From positions 3,348,001 through 3,412,000 of the forward strand of contig OX337231.1 of NCBI GenBank assembly GCA_946965045.2: a DNA stretch of 64,000 nt. The letters are read 5' to 3'. Shown in pieces: positions 1-11,003 of the stretch. Origin of the DNA: Epithemia pelagica. Taxonomy: Eukaryota; Protista; Bacillariophyta. Every line of letters starts with the position of its first letter. The first letter of the stretch is position 1. The notes beneath the pieces were generated by a model. It was not told the DNA's origin. It saw nothing but the letters and a program-made list of their open reading frames with translations, and did not search any database. The position numbers and the translations under genes are program-made.

Positions 1-661
1 TGGAGTTTGGAAGTGTTTTATCCTTCTGGGAGGTTTCCAATTGAATGTTGTCAACAGAATCATTTGTCTGAGCGTTATCTATTGAATCTGTTTCGATCTT
101 CTTTGACGTTTTACAAATGATGCGGTCACTACATGCACTCGTTTGAGCGTGCTCGAAAGGTCTTTTCTTGCTGCTGTTGCGGTCCATCGTCACGATTCCT
201 TTTGCGTTGAAATATAAGTGCAATGGGGGAAAGAAGAAAAAGAGTGAAACGGCGGGTAAGCATGAGAGATGAGAGATTCCGTGCACGTTTGATTATTTCA
301 AATTTCAAAAAGCGAATGGATTTGAAAAGGAGACGGTCTGTCCGCTTTCCGACTAGGTATTCACCGAGTAGCCAATATAGAGGACTCTATCGACTCCTCT
401 CTAGCTGGAGAGTACTACTACACGTAAAGCACAACAACACGATGACTTCACTAAAAACACAAGGAATAGAAGACTTTTCTTATCATATTGGCGTAGAAAA
501 GAAAAAAAAACAGCCCCGATATTGCTCCGTTCCAATGATACAAATGCGAACGAAGTGAAGATAGAAGTACATCCTTATATGGAGCAAATCTTTGATGCTT
601 CAACCACGACCTATTCATCCTTGAGATAGCTCGTGGTACACAGAAGCGTCTCTCCGGTGAT

Positions 662-3523
662 TTAGTGCTCCGAAGGTTGATCATGGTCAAATCCCTCGGA
701 CACGCTTAGCTTGTTCCTGTTTTTCCGGGGAGAAAGGGATTCGTCGTGCTCCGAATCGTCACCATGATGATGTGATTTGGACTTGTGCTTCTTTTTCTTT
801 TTCTTCTTCTTTTTCTTCTTGAGGGATTCACTGGCGCCACTATGGGCTGAATCATCTCGAAGACTTCTTGATGATCCCGTTTTGTTGAATGACTTTTGAA
901 ACGGAGTTGAAGGGTCTTCAAAATCATCCCCAATGCTACGACTAGATTCATCACGCTCTTCACTCTTTCCTACGGCTTGCATCTCCAAATCCCTGATTTT
1001 GCTCCGGGGAGAAAGGGATTCGTCGTGCTCCGAATCGTCACCATGATGATGTGATTTGGACTTGTGCTTCTTTTTCTTTTTCTTCTTCTTTGTCTTCTTG
1101 AGGGATTCACTGGCGCCACTATGGGCTGAATCATCTCGAAGACTTCTTGATGATCCCGTTTTATTGAATGACTTTTGAAACGGAGTTGAAGGGTCTTCAA
1201 AATCATCCCCATTGCTACGACTAGATTCATCACGCTCTTCACTCTTTCCTACGGCTTGCATCTCCAAATCCCTGATTTTGTTAAGCGCGCGTTGGGACGC
1301 ATGAGATTCAGGCTCCGAAGAGGGCGCCATGTTGGAATGGGCATAGAGACTGCGTCTTGAATGCCTTGACCCTTTATCCAATCCAGCTCGGCTGCTCCGA
1401 CGCCTCTGCATCTTGCCCTGGTTATCGACACTTTGACGACGGGGAGGTCTCCGGGCGTCTTCCGCTTGATTTTCCTGGCCATCGGTTCCATCGTAGCTGC
1501 GTTCATTTCCGGAAATTGGGTCGAATCCCATTTTACTCGGCCCAGTTGATGCTTGATCTGCTTCTTTTCCAGAGAAGGGGTCAAAGTTTGATGGGGCGGT
1601 CTCCGGTGCGGCGTCATCCTCTCCGAAACCACCAATATCAAAGCCTCCGCTTCGGTGGCTTCCGTGACGCTTCAACAACTCTGGTCCGAAAAGATCAGAT
1701 GACTTATCGCCACGGGCCTTGCTCGAAGGAAGGAGACTTGATTCATTATATCCCTCGCTCGATGTGGTCGAAGCCTCGTCCACAAATCGATCGGAATTTG
1801 TCGTAAAGCTCTCGCCGCGGCTCAAGAATCCCTTCCTCGAAGATTTTTTCTTCTTCATCTTTTTGTCGTTATTCTCTTCTTCCGCATCTCCTTGTCCAAT
1901 GGTTATCTGTTTGGGAGGCTCGGAAGGCTGTTCACCACGCAAAATTGCTTTCATTCGGGCACGTTCTTCACGGCGTTCTCGTTTCTCCGCTTCCTTCTTT
2001 CTCTTTTTCTTGACGTGCTTGACCGTGCAGTAAAGAATAGTAAGGAGCATGACAACTCCCCCTACAACTCCTACAGCAATAAAGACCCCCGTATCAATGG
2101 ATTCGGCAGCATTAAGGCCGAGAGTAACGCCCTTGTCAATCATATCCTCTTCACTTGTCGGGGCCGGAGTAGGGGCTTTGGTGATTTTGTCCGCCTGCAC
2201 AATCATTGTCAAGTCCGACGCTCCTGCAAAATATTTGTGCCGATCGTTTTCTGAGATGGGACCGGGGTAGTTCATGTTGTACTTGAGGACTTCAAAAAAC
2301 TCTGGTTCAAACTGCTCAAACGCACGTCGGATGCGTCTGGCAAAGTCGACGTTGGTGTCGGAGGCAATGACAGCACCTGTGATGGTACCCTCCACTTCGA
2401 TGGAATCAATATCAAATAGCGCCTGCTGTGCAATATTGACGTTGAACGCTTGTGTAACTTCTTCCTCCAGCACGGAATCCAAAAAGGCTACAATCTGATC
2501 CTGTAGATATGCCTGTTGTTCTCTGTCCATTTCTGCCTTTTCGGAGACGCCATCCAATACAAGTCGAAACTCGGCTTTACTATCGACCAATCCGACGTAC
2601 GAAGCCTGTGTACCTTCGGAGAGGACCTTGAGTTGCTCTTGGGAAACTTGCCTGTAGTAACGATAGAGACGATCTTTGACATCTCCACTGGACCGGTCCT
2701 GGTCATGATCCAATTGCACCGTTGTGACCACGGCATCGCATCGACTCCACGTTCTGGGACAGTTCCCCGCATAGGCCCGAATGACAGTCTTGGCCCCACC
2801 GCCACCACGAGGCTTGAGCTTGAGGCCATCCTTGCTGACATAGTTCTTCAGTTCAGGGTCCACACCCAACAGATTGTTGACACTGTTGAAGGTGGCAATT
2901 TCAATCTGGTTAAAGTTGTTCACCTCAAGACCAGTGTCAATAATCAAGGCAAACTCCAGTGCGGTAGTGACAAAATTGTGCTGTGAGCAACTCTCGGATA
3001 CCTTGTAATGGATTTTGCCAGCAAAAATGATTCCCATGTCAGAGCCCACTCGGGGTGGAAAAGTGCTACTCGACTGATCGAGGTAGTAACCAGCAAAGAT
3101 GGACATATCAGGTCCATTTTGGGCTTCATTTCCTGCTCTAATCGAATTCGAAACAGTGTTGTCGATATAGTTCCCCTTCATGCGAATGTAGAGGCCCTTT
3201 TTCTGACCCGCCTTTACTGTGATCGGGTCAAATTGCCATGATGGTACAATCACCGTCTGCTTGTCTGGGTCTTCTACAAACTTAGTCCGCGCGACAAGCT
3301 CCCAGGACGACTCCTTGTTAAAAGCCTGATTCACGGGAGAATCTGTCGCATAGATGTCAACATTGAGAGGATTTCCCAAACCAGTTCGGGCGTCCAACTC
3401 GATCGTATCAATGGTGAATGCCTTGCTCTTGGCCCTCAGTTCAAACATAATCCCAGTGTGCGCCAGCACCTGAGGATTGTTGTTGTATGGCGTCTCAAAG
3501 ACTTTCGAGTTTGAGCACGACAT
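662..3523 (-). CDS. Uncharacterised single-pass membrane protein: N-terminal globular region, one TM helix, long disordered K/S/D-rich C-terminal tail with a 93-aa internal duplication
   Basis: 953-aa ORF; hydrophobic segment GVFIAVGVVGGVVMLLTILYCTV followed by a basic stop-transfer KHVKKKRKK. No clear signal peptide at the first ATG, so a 5' exon may be missing. Confidence 0.75.
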   Translation of the reverse strand: MSCSNSKVFETPYNNNPQVLAHTGIMFELRAKSKAFTIDTIELDARTGLGNPLNVDIYATDSPVNQAFNKESSWELVARTKFVEDPDKQTVIVPSWQFDPITVKAGQKKGLYIRMKGNYIDNTVSNSIRAGNEAQNGPDMSIFAGYYLDQSSSTFPPRVGSDMGIIFAGKIHYKVSESCSQHNFVTTALEFALIIDTGLEVNNFNQIEIATFNSVNNLLGVDPELKNYVSKDGLKLKPRGGGGAKTVIRAYAGNCPRTWSRCDAVVTTVQLDHDQDRSSGDVKDRLYRYYRQVSQEQLKVLSEGTQASYVGLVDSKAEFRLVLDGVSEKAEMDREQQAYLQDQIVAFLDSVLEEEVTQAFNVNIAQQALFDIDSIEVEGTITGAVIASDTNVDFARRIRRAFEQFEPEFFEVLKYNMNYPGPISENDRHKYFAGASDLTMIVQADKITKAPTPAPTSEEDMIDKGVTLGLNAAESIDTGVFIAVGVVGGVVMLLTILYCTVKHVKKKRKKEAEKRERREERARMKAILRGEQPSEPPKQITIGQGDAEEENNDKKMKKKKSSRKGFLSRGESFTTNSDRFVDEASTTSSEGYNESSLLPSSKARGDKSSDLFGPELLKRHGSHRSGGFDIGGFGEDDAAPETAPSNFDPFSGKEADQASTGPSKMGFDPISGNERSYDGTDGQENQAEDARRPPRRQSVDNQGKMQRRRSSRAGLDKGSRHSRRSLYAHSNMAPSSEPESHASQRALNKIRDLEMQAVGKSEERDESSRSNGDDFEDPSTPFQKSFNKTGSSRSLRDDSAHSGASESLKKTKKKKKKKKHKSKSHHHGDDSEHDESLSPRSKIRDLEMQAVGKSEERDESSRSIGDDFEDPSTPFQKSFNKTGSSRSLRDDSAHSGASESLKKKKKKKKKKKHKSKSHHHGDDSEHDESLSPRKNRNKLSVSEGFDHDQPSEH
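725..1280. repeat. Intragenic tandem duplication, 2 x 279 bp
   Basis: 725-1001 and 1004-1280 are near-identical; they encode the 93-aa unit KIRDLEMQAVGK...HDESLSPR twice. Confidence 0.95.
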
Positions 3524-3765
3524 GATGCTCTATCCCTATCGTCTTCGAACAAACCCAAAATACAACAAGAACGATGAAAGGGAGAGAGAGGGGCCAATTG
3601 GCAGTCCAAAATGATTGTCGACAATGAAGAGGATTTGATTTTGTTGGGGGAGAACACTTCGAATGACCTCGGGCATTTCAATTCTTAGGCCGTGGCCCTA
3701 CCCAATTGCCAGTTCCCAGACCTTCACCTACAAACTACGAGTACGAGTACGAGCTCGTACGAGTA

Positions 3766-4232
3766 CCGTAAAAATCACATCTATTGCACCATCAGCTGAA
3801 ATTTTCAGGCTCGCGTTCTATATGCACAATGTGTACCACCCAACGGATTGGTGGTTAATTTTCCGAATCAATTATAGATTATTTCCGAATTATGTTTGAA
3901 TGTATAACATCATAAGTATTTCTAATTGAGAAGCTCATTCGAAAGAGCTCGTCAGGCGCTTTCCAAATCACTGCGGTTCGTGAAAATCGGACTTACCCTT
4001 CCCATAATATCGACGATTGAAAATTCGTCAGTGTTCGTGCGAAAGATAAGGATTTTTTGCCATGGCTTCTCCCCCCACCCTCTCCACCACGATGGCAATG
4101 CTCCGTGGTGGAGGGAGTGGGGCTCTGTTGGAGGGAGAGGCACGCGATTTTTGGGTAGGGCGCGCTCATTCTACAGGTAAATCGTGCGTTTTCTGCACCA
4201 ATACGATGGTGCAATAGATGTGATTTTTACGG
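3766..4232. mobile_element. MITE 1 (non-autonomous, Tc1/mariner-pogo type), 467 bp
   Basis: Perfect 28-bp TIR CCGTAAAAATCACATCTATTGCACCATC at 3766-3793 and its reverse complement at 4205-4232; TA on both flanks (3764-3765, 4233-4234); no credible coding capacity. Confidence 0.9.
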
Positions 4233-4276
4233 TAGTATTATCTCTATCTACGAGTACGAGTACTGTATATCGCCTA

Positions 4277-4712
4277 CCGTATTTTGCGGAGTCCTGTCCT
4301 CCCCCTAGTCCTGTCCCCCCCCACTCCCCTTAAACGTACACGGCCCCCTAATTTTTTATCTGTAGCTTCTTTCTGGGCTTATGGGTTACCCCCACATTCC
4401 TCACGTTCCGAGCTTTCTATCACACTGTCTGACATTATATGGGAGTGAACAAAAGAAGAGAAACAAGAGATACAGCATGATGGGCATTATGCTTAGGGTT
4501 AAGGCTACGCATTGAAGCACGGTCTTTCCCCTAACTGGAATAGTGCGACCAACTCTTCTCTACTACTCCGATGTTGAAGTTGACTATTAATATCAAGTTA
4601 ATTGTACCTTGCGTATGGAATCTTAAGAAAAATTATCCTAAATTGCGCAGTCCTGTCCCCCCCATGGTCGTTTCAGTAACATTCCGGGGGGACAGGACTC
4701 CGCAAAATACGG
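4277..4712. mobile_element. MITE 2 (non-autonomous, Tc1/mariner-pogo type), 436 bp
   Basis: 23-bp perfect TIR CCGTATTTTGCGGAGTCCTGTCC at 4277-4299 and 4690-4712; TA on both flanks (4275-4276, 4713-4714); internal copies of AGTCCTGTCCCCCC near 4307 and 4650. Confidence 0.9.
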
Positions 4713-4970
4713 TAGTCGTTTTCCCAATTGTTGAAAAAGATAATATGGGCCTTCTACCACATAGTCTTAGAATATGCTATAGCCCTATCATTTTTTATTG
4801 GTTGGGCCTGATGTTTCACTGACTTCTTTCTGTGTGTCAGTTCCCATCCTGACTGTCGGTCGTTGAGATTCGCACCTGGCTCCTTCTGCCTCTCCAAGCC
4901 CAAAGCCATCATCCAAGACGGCGATCATCGGTATCGCCTTTCATTGTCCATTCATTGTCTCTCAACAGGC

Positions 4971-6827
4971 ATGCATCAAGCGATGCGAATGCTGTCACCA
5001 CTACGAACGGTTCATCGCTTTTCAAATCTGACTCTCAGAACACTTTCGTCGCAAACGAATTCAACAAAGAAACCCTCCCTGCTTCCTCAAGATGGGCTTC
5101 GTTTCCAAGATTTTGTGGGCGGCCAAGCTCATGGCCTAGATACAAGAAGCTTGTCAGTAAACGAGCTTACAGATGATGTAAATCCATCCTCAAACCATTC
5201 TTCATTTCACATCAAAACCTATGGTTGTCAGATGAATGTTAACGACTCAGATATTGTTCGGAGTTTGTTGAAAGAATCTGGATTACAGGAAACGGAGGAC
5301 GAGACGGCGGCGGATCTTCTTCTCACCAACACATGTGCCATTCGAGAGGGCGCCGAAGCCAAAGTGTGGCAGAGATTGCGTGAACTACGGGGTCGGCGAC
5401 GCAAACTTCCCAAATCACGTCGAGTTGTGGTTGGTGTTTTAGGGTGCATGGCTGAACGTTTAAAAGAAGATTTATTGGCCGATGGAATGGCCGATGTGGT
5501 TGTCGGACCCGATGCCTATCGAGATCTCCCACGTCTTGTACAGCAAGTATGGTCGTCTGAAGACATGCCAGTCGAACAGGCTGTTAACGTGCAACTTTCC
5601 ATGGATGAAACGTATGCCGATATCACTCCAGTAAGGCGAAATCGCGATGATTTGTCGGCTTTTGTCAGTATTCAGCGTGGCTGTGCCAATCGGTGTTCGT
5701 TTTGTATTGTTCCCTTTACAAGGGGACAAGAACGAAGTCGACCTTTGGAAAGTATTGTGGGTGAAATCAAACGATTAATACAAGAAGAAAATATCAAAGA
5801 GGTTACCTTGTTGGGACAAAACGTGAATTCATACCATGACAAGAGTGAGGACGCGCTTCAAGCTCGTCCTACCAGCGAATACACTCTTTCCACAGATGCT
5901 TTCCGAAGTCGAATACGGCGGACCGATGGTGGATACCACTTTGCGGATCTGGTAGCCCAAGTGTCTGACTTGTCGCCGGAGGTACGCGTTCGATTCACGT
6001 CACCACATCCCAAAGATTATCCACCAGCCTTGCTAGACTTAATGGCCGAACGACACAACGTTTGTAATCATCTTCACATGCCGGCACAAAGTGGTTCCAC
6101 CACCACACTCCAACGAATGAAACGTGGATATTCTCGTGAAGCATATCTGGATTTGGTATTGAATCAAGTGATACCACGCATTGGTGATGTGGCAATCTCC
6201 AGTGATTTTATTTCTGGTTTTTGTGGGGAAACTGAAGAAGAGCACCAGGATACGCTGTCGCTGATGGAGATGGTCCGCTACGACCAAGCCTTTATGTATG
6301 CATATAGTATGAGGGAAAAGACGCACGCTCACCGAGTAATGCAGGACGATGTTCCTCTCAATGTCAAGAAGCGGCGACTTGCGGAGGTTATTGAAACATT
6401 TCATCGCACTGTCCAACAAAAGAATGCCACAGAGGAAGTTGGTAAATTTCGATGTGTGTTGCTGGAAGGAGAGTCCAAGAGAAGCCAAGAGAATAGCCCA
6501 CTATGGCATGGCCGAACCGACCAAAACAAACGAATCACGTTTTCTGTGGAGGACGATGGTTTGTATTTGACCGACGACGGTCTAGGTGACTTTTTGAGCG
6601 GAGAAATTAAAGCCACGCAGGTTTTGTGTGGACCAAGAGTTCCTTTTCAGCAGGGAGATTATGCAATTGTCAAGGTCACGGAAGCCAAGGGGCACACATT
6701 GCGTGGTCAATTGCTCTGGCGAACGTCCCTAAAAGGATTCTCCGAATTCGCACTCATGAGGGACAGTGCGGCATTTCATGCAAAGCTTGACGAAGCCACC
6801 AGTATGTGGAAGTCAGTGGCTGCCTAG
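4971..6827 (+). CDS. CDK5RAP1: tRNA methylthiotransferase MiaB/CDK5RAP1 family (UPF0004 + radical SAM + TRAM), probably mitochondrial
   Basis: TYGCQMNVNDS, NTCAIRE, GVLGCMAERLK, radical-SAM CxxxCxxC (GCANRCSFCIVP), LLGQNVNSY, RFTSPHPKD, SSDFISGFCGETEE. N-terminus R/S-rich like a transit peptide. The ORF track starts at 4863; first ATG is 4971. Confidence 0.93.
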   Translation: MHQAMRMLSPLRTVHRFSNLTLRTLSSQTNSTKKPSLLPQDGLRFQDFVGGQAHGLDTRSLSVNELTDDVNPSSNHSSFHIKTYGCQMNVNDSDIVRSLLKESGLQETEDETAADLLLTNTCAIREGAEAKVWQRLRELRGRRRKLPKSRRVVVGVLGCMAERLKEDLLADGMADVVVGPDAYRDLPRLVQQVWSSEDMPVEQAVNVQLSMDETYADITPVRRNRDDLSAFVSIQRGCANRCSFCIVPFTRGQERSRPLESIVGEIKRLIQEENIKEVTLLGQNVNSYHDKSEDALQARPTSEYTLSTDAFRSRIRRTDGGYHFADLVAQVSDLSPEVRVRFTSPHPKDYPPALLDLMAERHNVCNHLHMPAQSGSTTTLQRMKRGYSREAYLDLVLNQVIPRIGDVAISSDFISGFCGETEEEHQDTLSLMEMVRYDQAFMYAYSMREKTHAHRVMQDDVPLNVKKRRLAEVIETFHRTVQQKNATEEVGKFRCVLLEGESKRSQENSPLWHGRTDQNKRITFSVEDDGLYLTDDGLGDFLSGEIKATQVLCGPRVPFQQGDYAIVKVTEAKGHTLRGQLLWRTSLKGFSEFALMRDSAAFHAKLDEATSMWKSVAA

Positions 6828-7073
6828 TAGATCGCATCTTGTAGTGGGGCGCTATCGACAATGGAGACATCAGTCACCCGAATGCCATCGATCTGCAAGG
6901 CACATCATGTTTAGCTCTGGCAGCTGTCTAACCAGTTGGTTTATTTTTGAAACGAAAATGGAACGGGATTGAGAGCCTTGTTACATAGATCAGATTCACT
7001 TAGGACCGTATGGCTGTCCCTCAGCGATTGCGGAATGCCACAGTCGAAAGGAGATTAGGCAGAGCCACGAGCA

Positions 7074-7216
7074 ATCGAACCATGGGCGACTGTAAACCGC
7101 TAGGAATACGTCTGGGTGTCCCTCCCAGCGGTTGTTGGATGCGACAGTCGCTTGAAATCAACATGGAGATTATGGACAGCGATCGACCATGAGCGACTGC
7201 AAACCGCTAGGAATAC
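7074..7216. repeat. Two ~35-bp imperfect direct repeats
   Basis: atcgaaccatgggcgactgtaaaccgctaggaatac (7074-7109) vs atcgaccatgagcgactgcaaaccgctaggaatac (7182-7216). Confidence 0.8.
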
Positions 7217-7364
7217 AAATACGTTATTCCTGTGGACCATTCTGCACGATGTTCAGGTAGGCGGAATTCTATCGTCCGGTTCGAAAGGAGCTCAAACTCA
7301 AAGACTTTCAGTTCGATTACCTAGACATATTCCCTTGTTCGAGGAAACGATCAAGCGAGAGACC

Positions 7365-7867
7365 ATGGAAAATACGGAACGAATCTACACGGCCACGGCC
7401 GATGAACTGAATACCGAAATTGCCAATTATTTGAAAAAGGTAGGAGGATATTAGTTTGTCACGTTGTTGATCGACGGCACAGTTCTGTGCAATGTTCTTG
7501 GGTGGTCGAGGCTGGCCCCCGGAAACCATTGTTTTGTCATGTTGCTTGCGCCCACCCATATTGTTTTGTGTATCGAATTCAATAATAGAAACCCGATGCG
7601 GAATGGAAAGAAATATGCTCGGATTTGTTGCGAACCAAAAAGGATTGGATTGTTCCGGAACGTCGGGTGGCCAAATTTCTCAAACGTCAAAAACAGGGCA
7701 AACCGATTGCAGGAGATGAAGAAGCTTCCGTCATGTCACGTGGCCCCGTCCGTCGCTTCTTTTCCGGCAGTTCGTCGCGCAGCAGTGGAGGGAGTAGCAG
7801 AGATCCAAACGCTCCCGTCGAGTCCAGTGGCCCTTCGCGTCGCTTCTTTCGAAAATTAGGTTGGTGA
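7365..7867 (+). CDS. Small two-exon hypothetical protein, paralog A
   Basis: Exon 1 7365-7439 (MENTERIYTATADELNTEIANYLKK), GT-AG intron 7440-7588, exon 2 7589-7867 (KPDAEWKEICSDLLRTKKDWIVPERRVAKFLK...RRFFRKLGW). Splice positions are conserved in paralog B. Confidence 0.8.
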
Positions 7868-7977
7868 TACAGCGGGCCACTTGAAAATAAGATTACATTT
7901 TGGCAAAATCCCAGGTCCAAAGAATACCTCAATATGACACCTTTCCCCAAATCAATCTCGGCAGTACAGTGAAAATG

Positions 7978-9253
7978 TCAATAAAATAGCCATTCATGTT
8001 CATTGTGGATCCCAAGCGCGATTCGAGGACGAAAGAAAAACATGGTCTTGTTCTTGAGCCATGGTACGAACCATCGAGTAGCAAAGAGTCCCAACAGCTG
8101 TGCCACACCCCGATCCACGCCCGTTGTAACCACATAGACTTCCGGACATTTCAAATATGTCCAGAGTCTCACCAACGCCAAAGACTGGTCGTTGTGGTGT
8201 TTGCCTCGAGAATGTGTGGTCCGCAACACGTCCAAGACTCGTTTCATGTTGAGTCCAAAAATATAACCATTAAAGAGAATTTGAGAGGCACTGTTGGGAA
8301 GCAGCGTACAGCAATCGCCTGCGGCAAAGACGTGACCTCCCGCTAACCGGACCCGAAAGGAATGGTCCACATCCAACCAGCCTTGGTCCGTTCGTGACCA
8401 CGAGGGATCCATAAAGTCGTTCCTGGGTGTTTGACCGGTTGTCACAACCACTTGTTCGGCTTTCAAAACCATTCCACTCGAGGTTGTGACCGAGACCAGC
8501 CCGGTGGTGTCGCGTTCTGGATCAATGGTTGCTTTTTCATTCAACAGGACCCGGACTCCTGCGTCTTGCAAATCTTGCAACACCATTCGTGAGGCACTTG
8601 GGCCCAGTTCACGGGAACACAAGGACGACCCCGAATGTATCAATGTGACATTGAGATTGTCATGACGGCCGAGTCTTTGTTTTCGATAATGAGCAAGGTC
8701 ACCCGCCAACTCACAACCGACAATTCCTCCACCCACAAGGAGCACAGAGGAAGCACCAATCAGTTTCTCACCTTTCTGATTCATTTGTCGTTGGCGCTCG
8801 GCCATCCTGTCGGTCGATGAAGGTGTGTATTCTGCATTCGACGTTCCTGATGTATGGCCGTCATAGGTGGAGTGATTCAGGTGATTCAGTCCAAGGGCCG
8901 CACAATGGTTTTTCGCACCAACGGCAATAAATGCCACGTCAAAGGGTAGAACGTTGCCGTTGGACAGTACGGCCGAGTGGGAGTGCATTTGAGAGACTCT
9001 TTGTTGAACATGATGAATGTCATTGTCCTGACAAAACTGATGCAATGAAAAGAGCGCCCGTTCGGCGGTGCGTTTGTCGAAGATCGACCGATACGAAGCC
9101 CAGATAATTTCGACATGGTCCTTGGGTTCGACGAGTACAATCTGGACCGTTTGGTCGAATTTGCGCAAACTCGAGCAGGCCGCCAATCCTGCCATGCCTC
9201 CACCAACAACGACAACACACAAGTTGTCGTTGTTGTTGTTGTTGTTGTCGTCG

Positions 9254-9284
<31 letters not shown>

Positions 9285-9441
9285 CCTCAGTGGAATCCTC
9301 AGCTCTGCCTGTGGTTCTTGTGGTGGTGGTGGTGGTGGTTGTCATGAGTGCCACAATCCATGGGACACTCAACAATGCCGTCAAAGTCCAGAAAGTACAT
9401 CCAAACAAAGACTCAGCTACGACCATTGCTTGTGCATCCAT
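7978..9441 (-). CDS. FAD-dependent pyridine nucleotide-disulfide oxidoreductase, AIFM2/FSP1-like
   Basis: FAD-binding VVVVGGGMAG, NAD(P)H-binding LLVGGGIVGCELAG, VFAAGD; N-terminal hydrophobic segment followed by poly-T and poly-N tracts. Confidence 0.88.
9226..9285. repeat. (GTT)n microsatellite encoding poly-Asn/Asp
   Basis: Run of gtt/gtc triplets inside the oxidoreductase CDS. Confidence 0.85.
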
Positions 9442-9929
9442 TCTCTTTCTTCTTCTCGGAACCAAGGTTGAGAATCACGCTTGTCCCACATGACGAGATA
9501 TCATACAACAAACAATCGCCATGATTCACATGATTGTGATCCGATGACTCATCGTCGGTCGGCGACTGAATTTCGGTTGTATTGAAGCGACTGAAGTGCT
9601 GTTCAGAGAGCCACCAAAATTGGTGGGGAAGGCTCTTGACATGCGAAAAATATTCCCTAAGTAGGTCGCGCCGGCATCGCTTCCGTTCTTCTTGCAAGCT
9701 GCTGCCGACAAAAACTACATCCATGAATCGGGTTTGGATTTCTCCGGTACAACATTGTAGTTGTACTCGTAGGTGATGCGCGTGTGGTTGGACACGCCGC
9801 CTACTACGCCTCGAACAGAAAAGTCATTATTAGAATTTGCAAAATCTTTCGAAAAACGAGAACCAAGCCAAAGAAGGAAACGGAGTGCAAGGAACGCGAG
9901 CGAAAGAAAGAAGAAACGAGGCTACCACC

Positions 9930-10669
9930 ATGGCGAATACGGAACGAACCTACACGGCCACGGCCGATGAGCTGAATACCGAAATTGCCAATTATTTGAA
10001 AAAGGTAGGAGGATAACGAGCGCACCTCTTGTTGTGGATCGACGGCACAGTTCGGTGCAATGTTCTTGGGTGGTCGAAGCTGGCCCCTGCTTTGCTGGTC
10101 TGCCAAGGCACTTTGTTTCTCACCAACAGAACCCATGTTCTTGTCCTTTTGCTTGTCCACCCATATTGTTTTGTGGATCCATCCCTCACGACGGATAATA
10201 CAAATAACAGAAACCCGATGCGGAATGGAAAGAAATGCGCTCGTATTTGTTGCGCACCAAAAAGGATTGGATTGTTCCGGAACGTCGAGTGGCCAAATTT
10301 CTCAAACGTCAAAAACAGGGCAAACCAATTGCCGGCGATGAAGAAGCATCCGTCATGTCGAGTGGTCCCGTCCGTCGCTTCTTTTCCGGCAGTTCGTCGC
10401 GCAGCAGTGGAGGGAGTAGTAGCAATAACAAAGTGAGAAAGAGCACGGCCGCCAAAATTGCGGCGGCCGAAAAAGCACGAGCGGCCAAACTGCCACCGGC
10501 AGCAGCCACGGAAGAACCCAAAGCGGTGGTGCCCGATCCCGAACCATCCACCAAAGAAGTGGAAGCCGCAACGACGGAAGAAGTCAAGGAGGATATTCCA
10601 CCGGAAGCTGCCGACGACAATGATGGCAAGAGCAATGTGGAATGTTGCGCAGGTTGCGTCATTTTGTAA
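9930..10669 (+). CDS. Small two-exon hypothetical protein, paralog B, with C-terminal CaaX motif
   Basis: Exon 1 9930-10004, GT-AG intron 10005-10210, exon 2 10211-10669; near-identical to paralog A through ...SSRSSGGSS; ends VECCAGCVIL*. Confidence 0.85.
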
Positions 10670-11003
10670 CCACCCATGATGATGATAACTGCCATGGTCG
10701 ACCGACTGACTGACTGAACCAACGGTTTCGCCCGGTCGTCGTCCTCTTTTTTATTTTTCTGGAACCGTGACTGTAAACTTGTGTGTGTGTGTGTGGGCGT
10801 CCAACCAACCAAACAAGGGAATGGAACCATTGCAACAATACTCTCGTTCTGGTGGGCGTGTTTGTTGGATTTGATTGGTAACCCTTTAAATTGTTGGCAT
10901 GTTAAAAACACTGAACCTGCAAGTGACAAAACTCTCCTGTGTTCTGTTGTTGTCGTCGTTGTTGAATTGTCTAGAGTGCGACGGACATGCGTCGTTGAGC
11001 AAG

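Noticed and set aside
223-558. 111-aa plus-strand ORF
   Set aside because: No recognisable motif, AT-rich low-information sequence, convergent with the 3' end of the large membrane-protein gene; likely UTR or intergenic.
706-1242. Pair of similar ~88-aa minus-strand ORFs
   Set aside because: Alternative-frame shadows of the 279-bp duplication inside the 953-aa gene.
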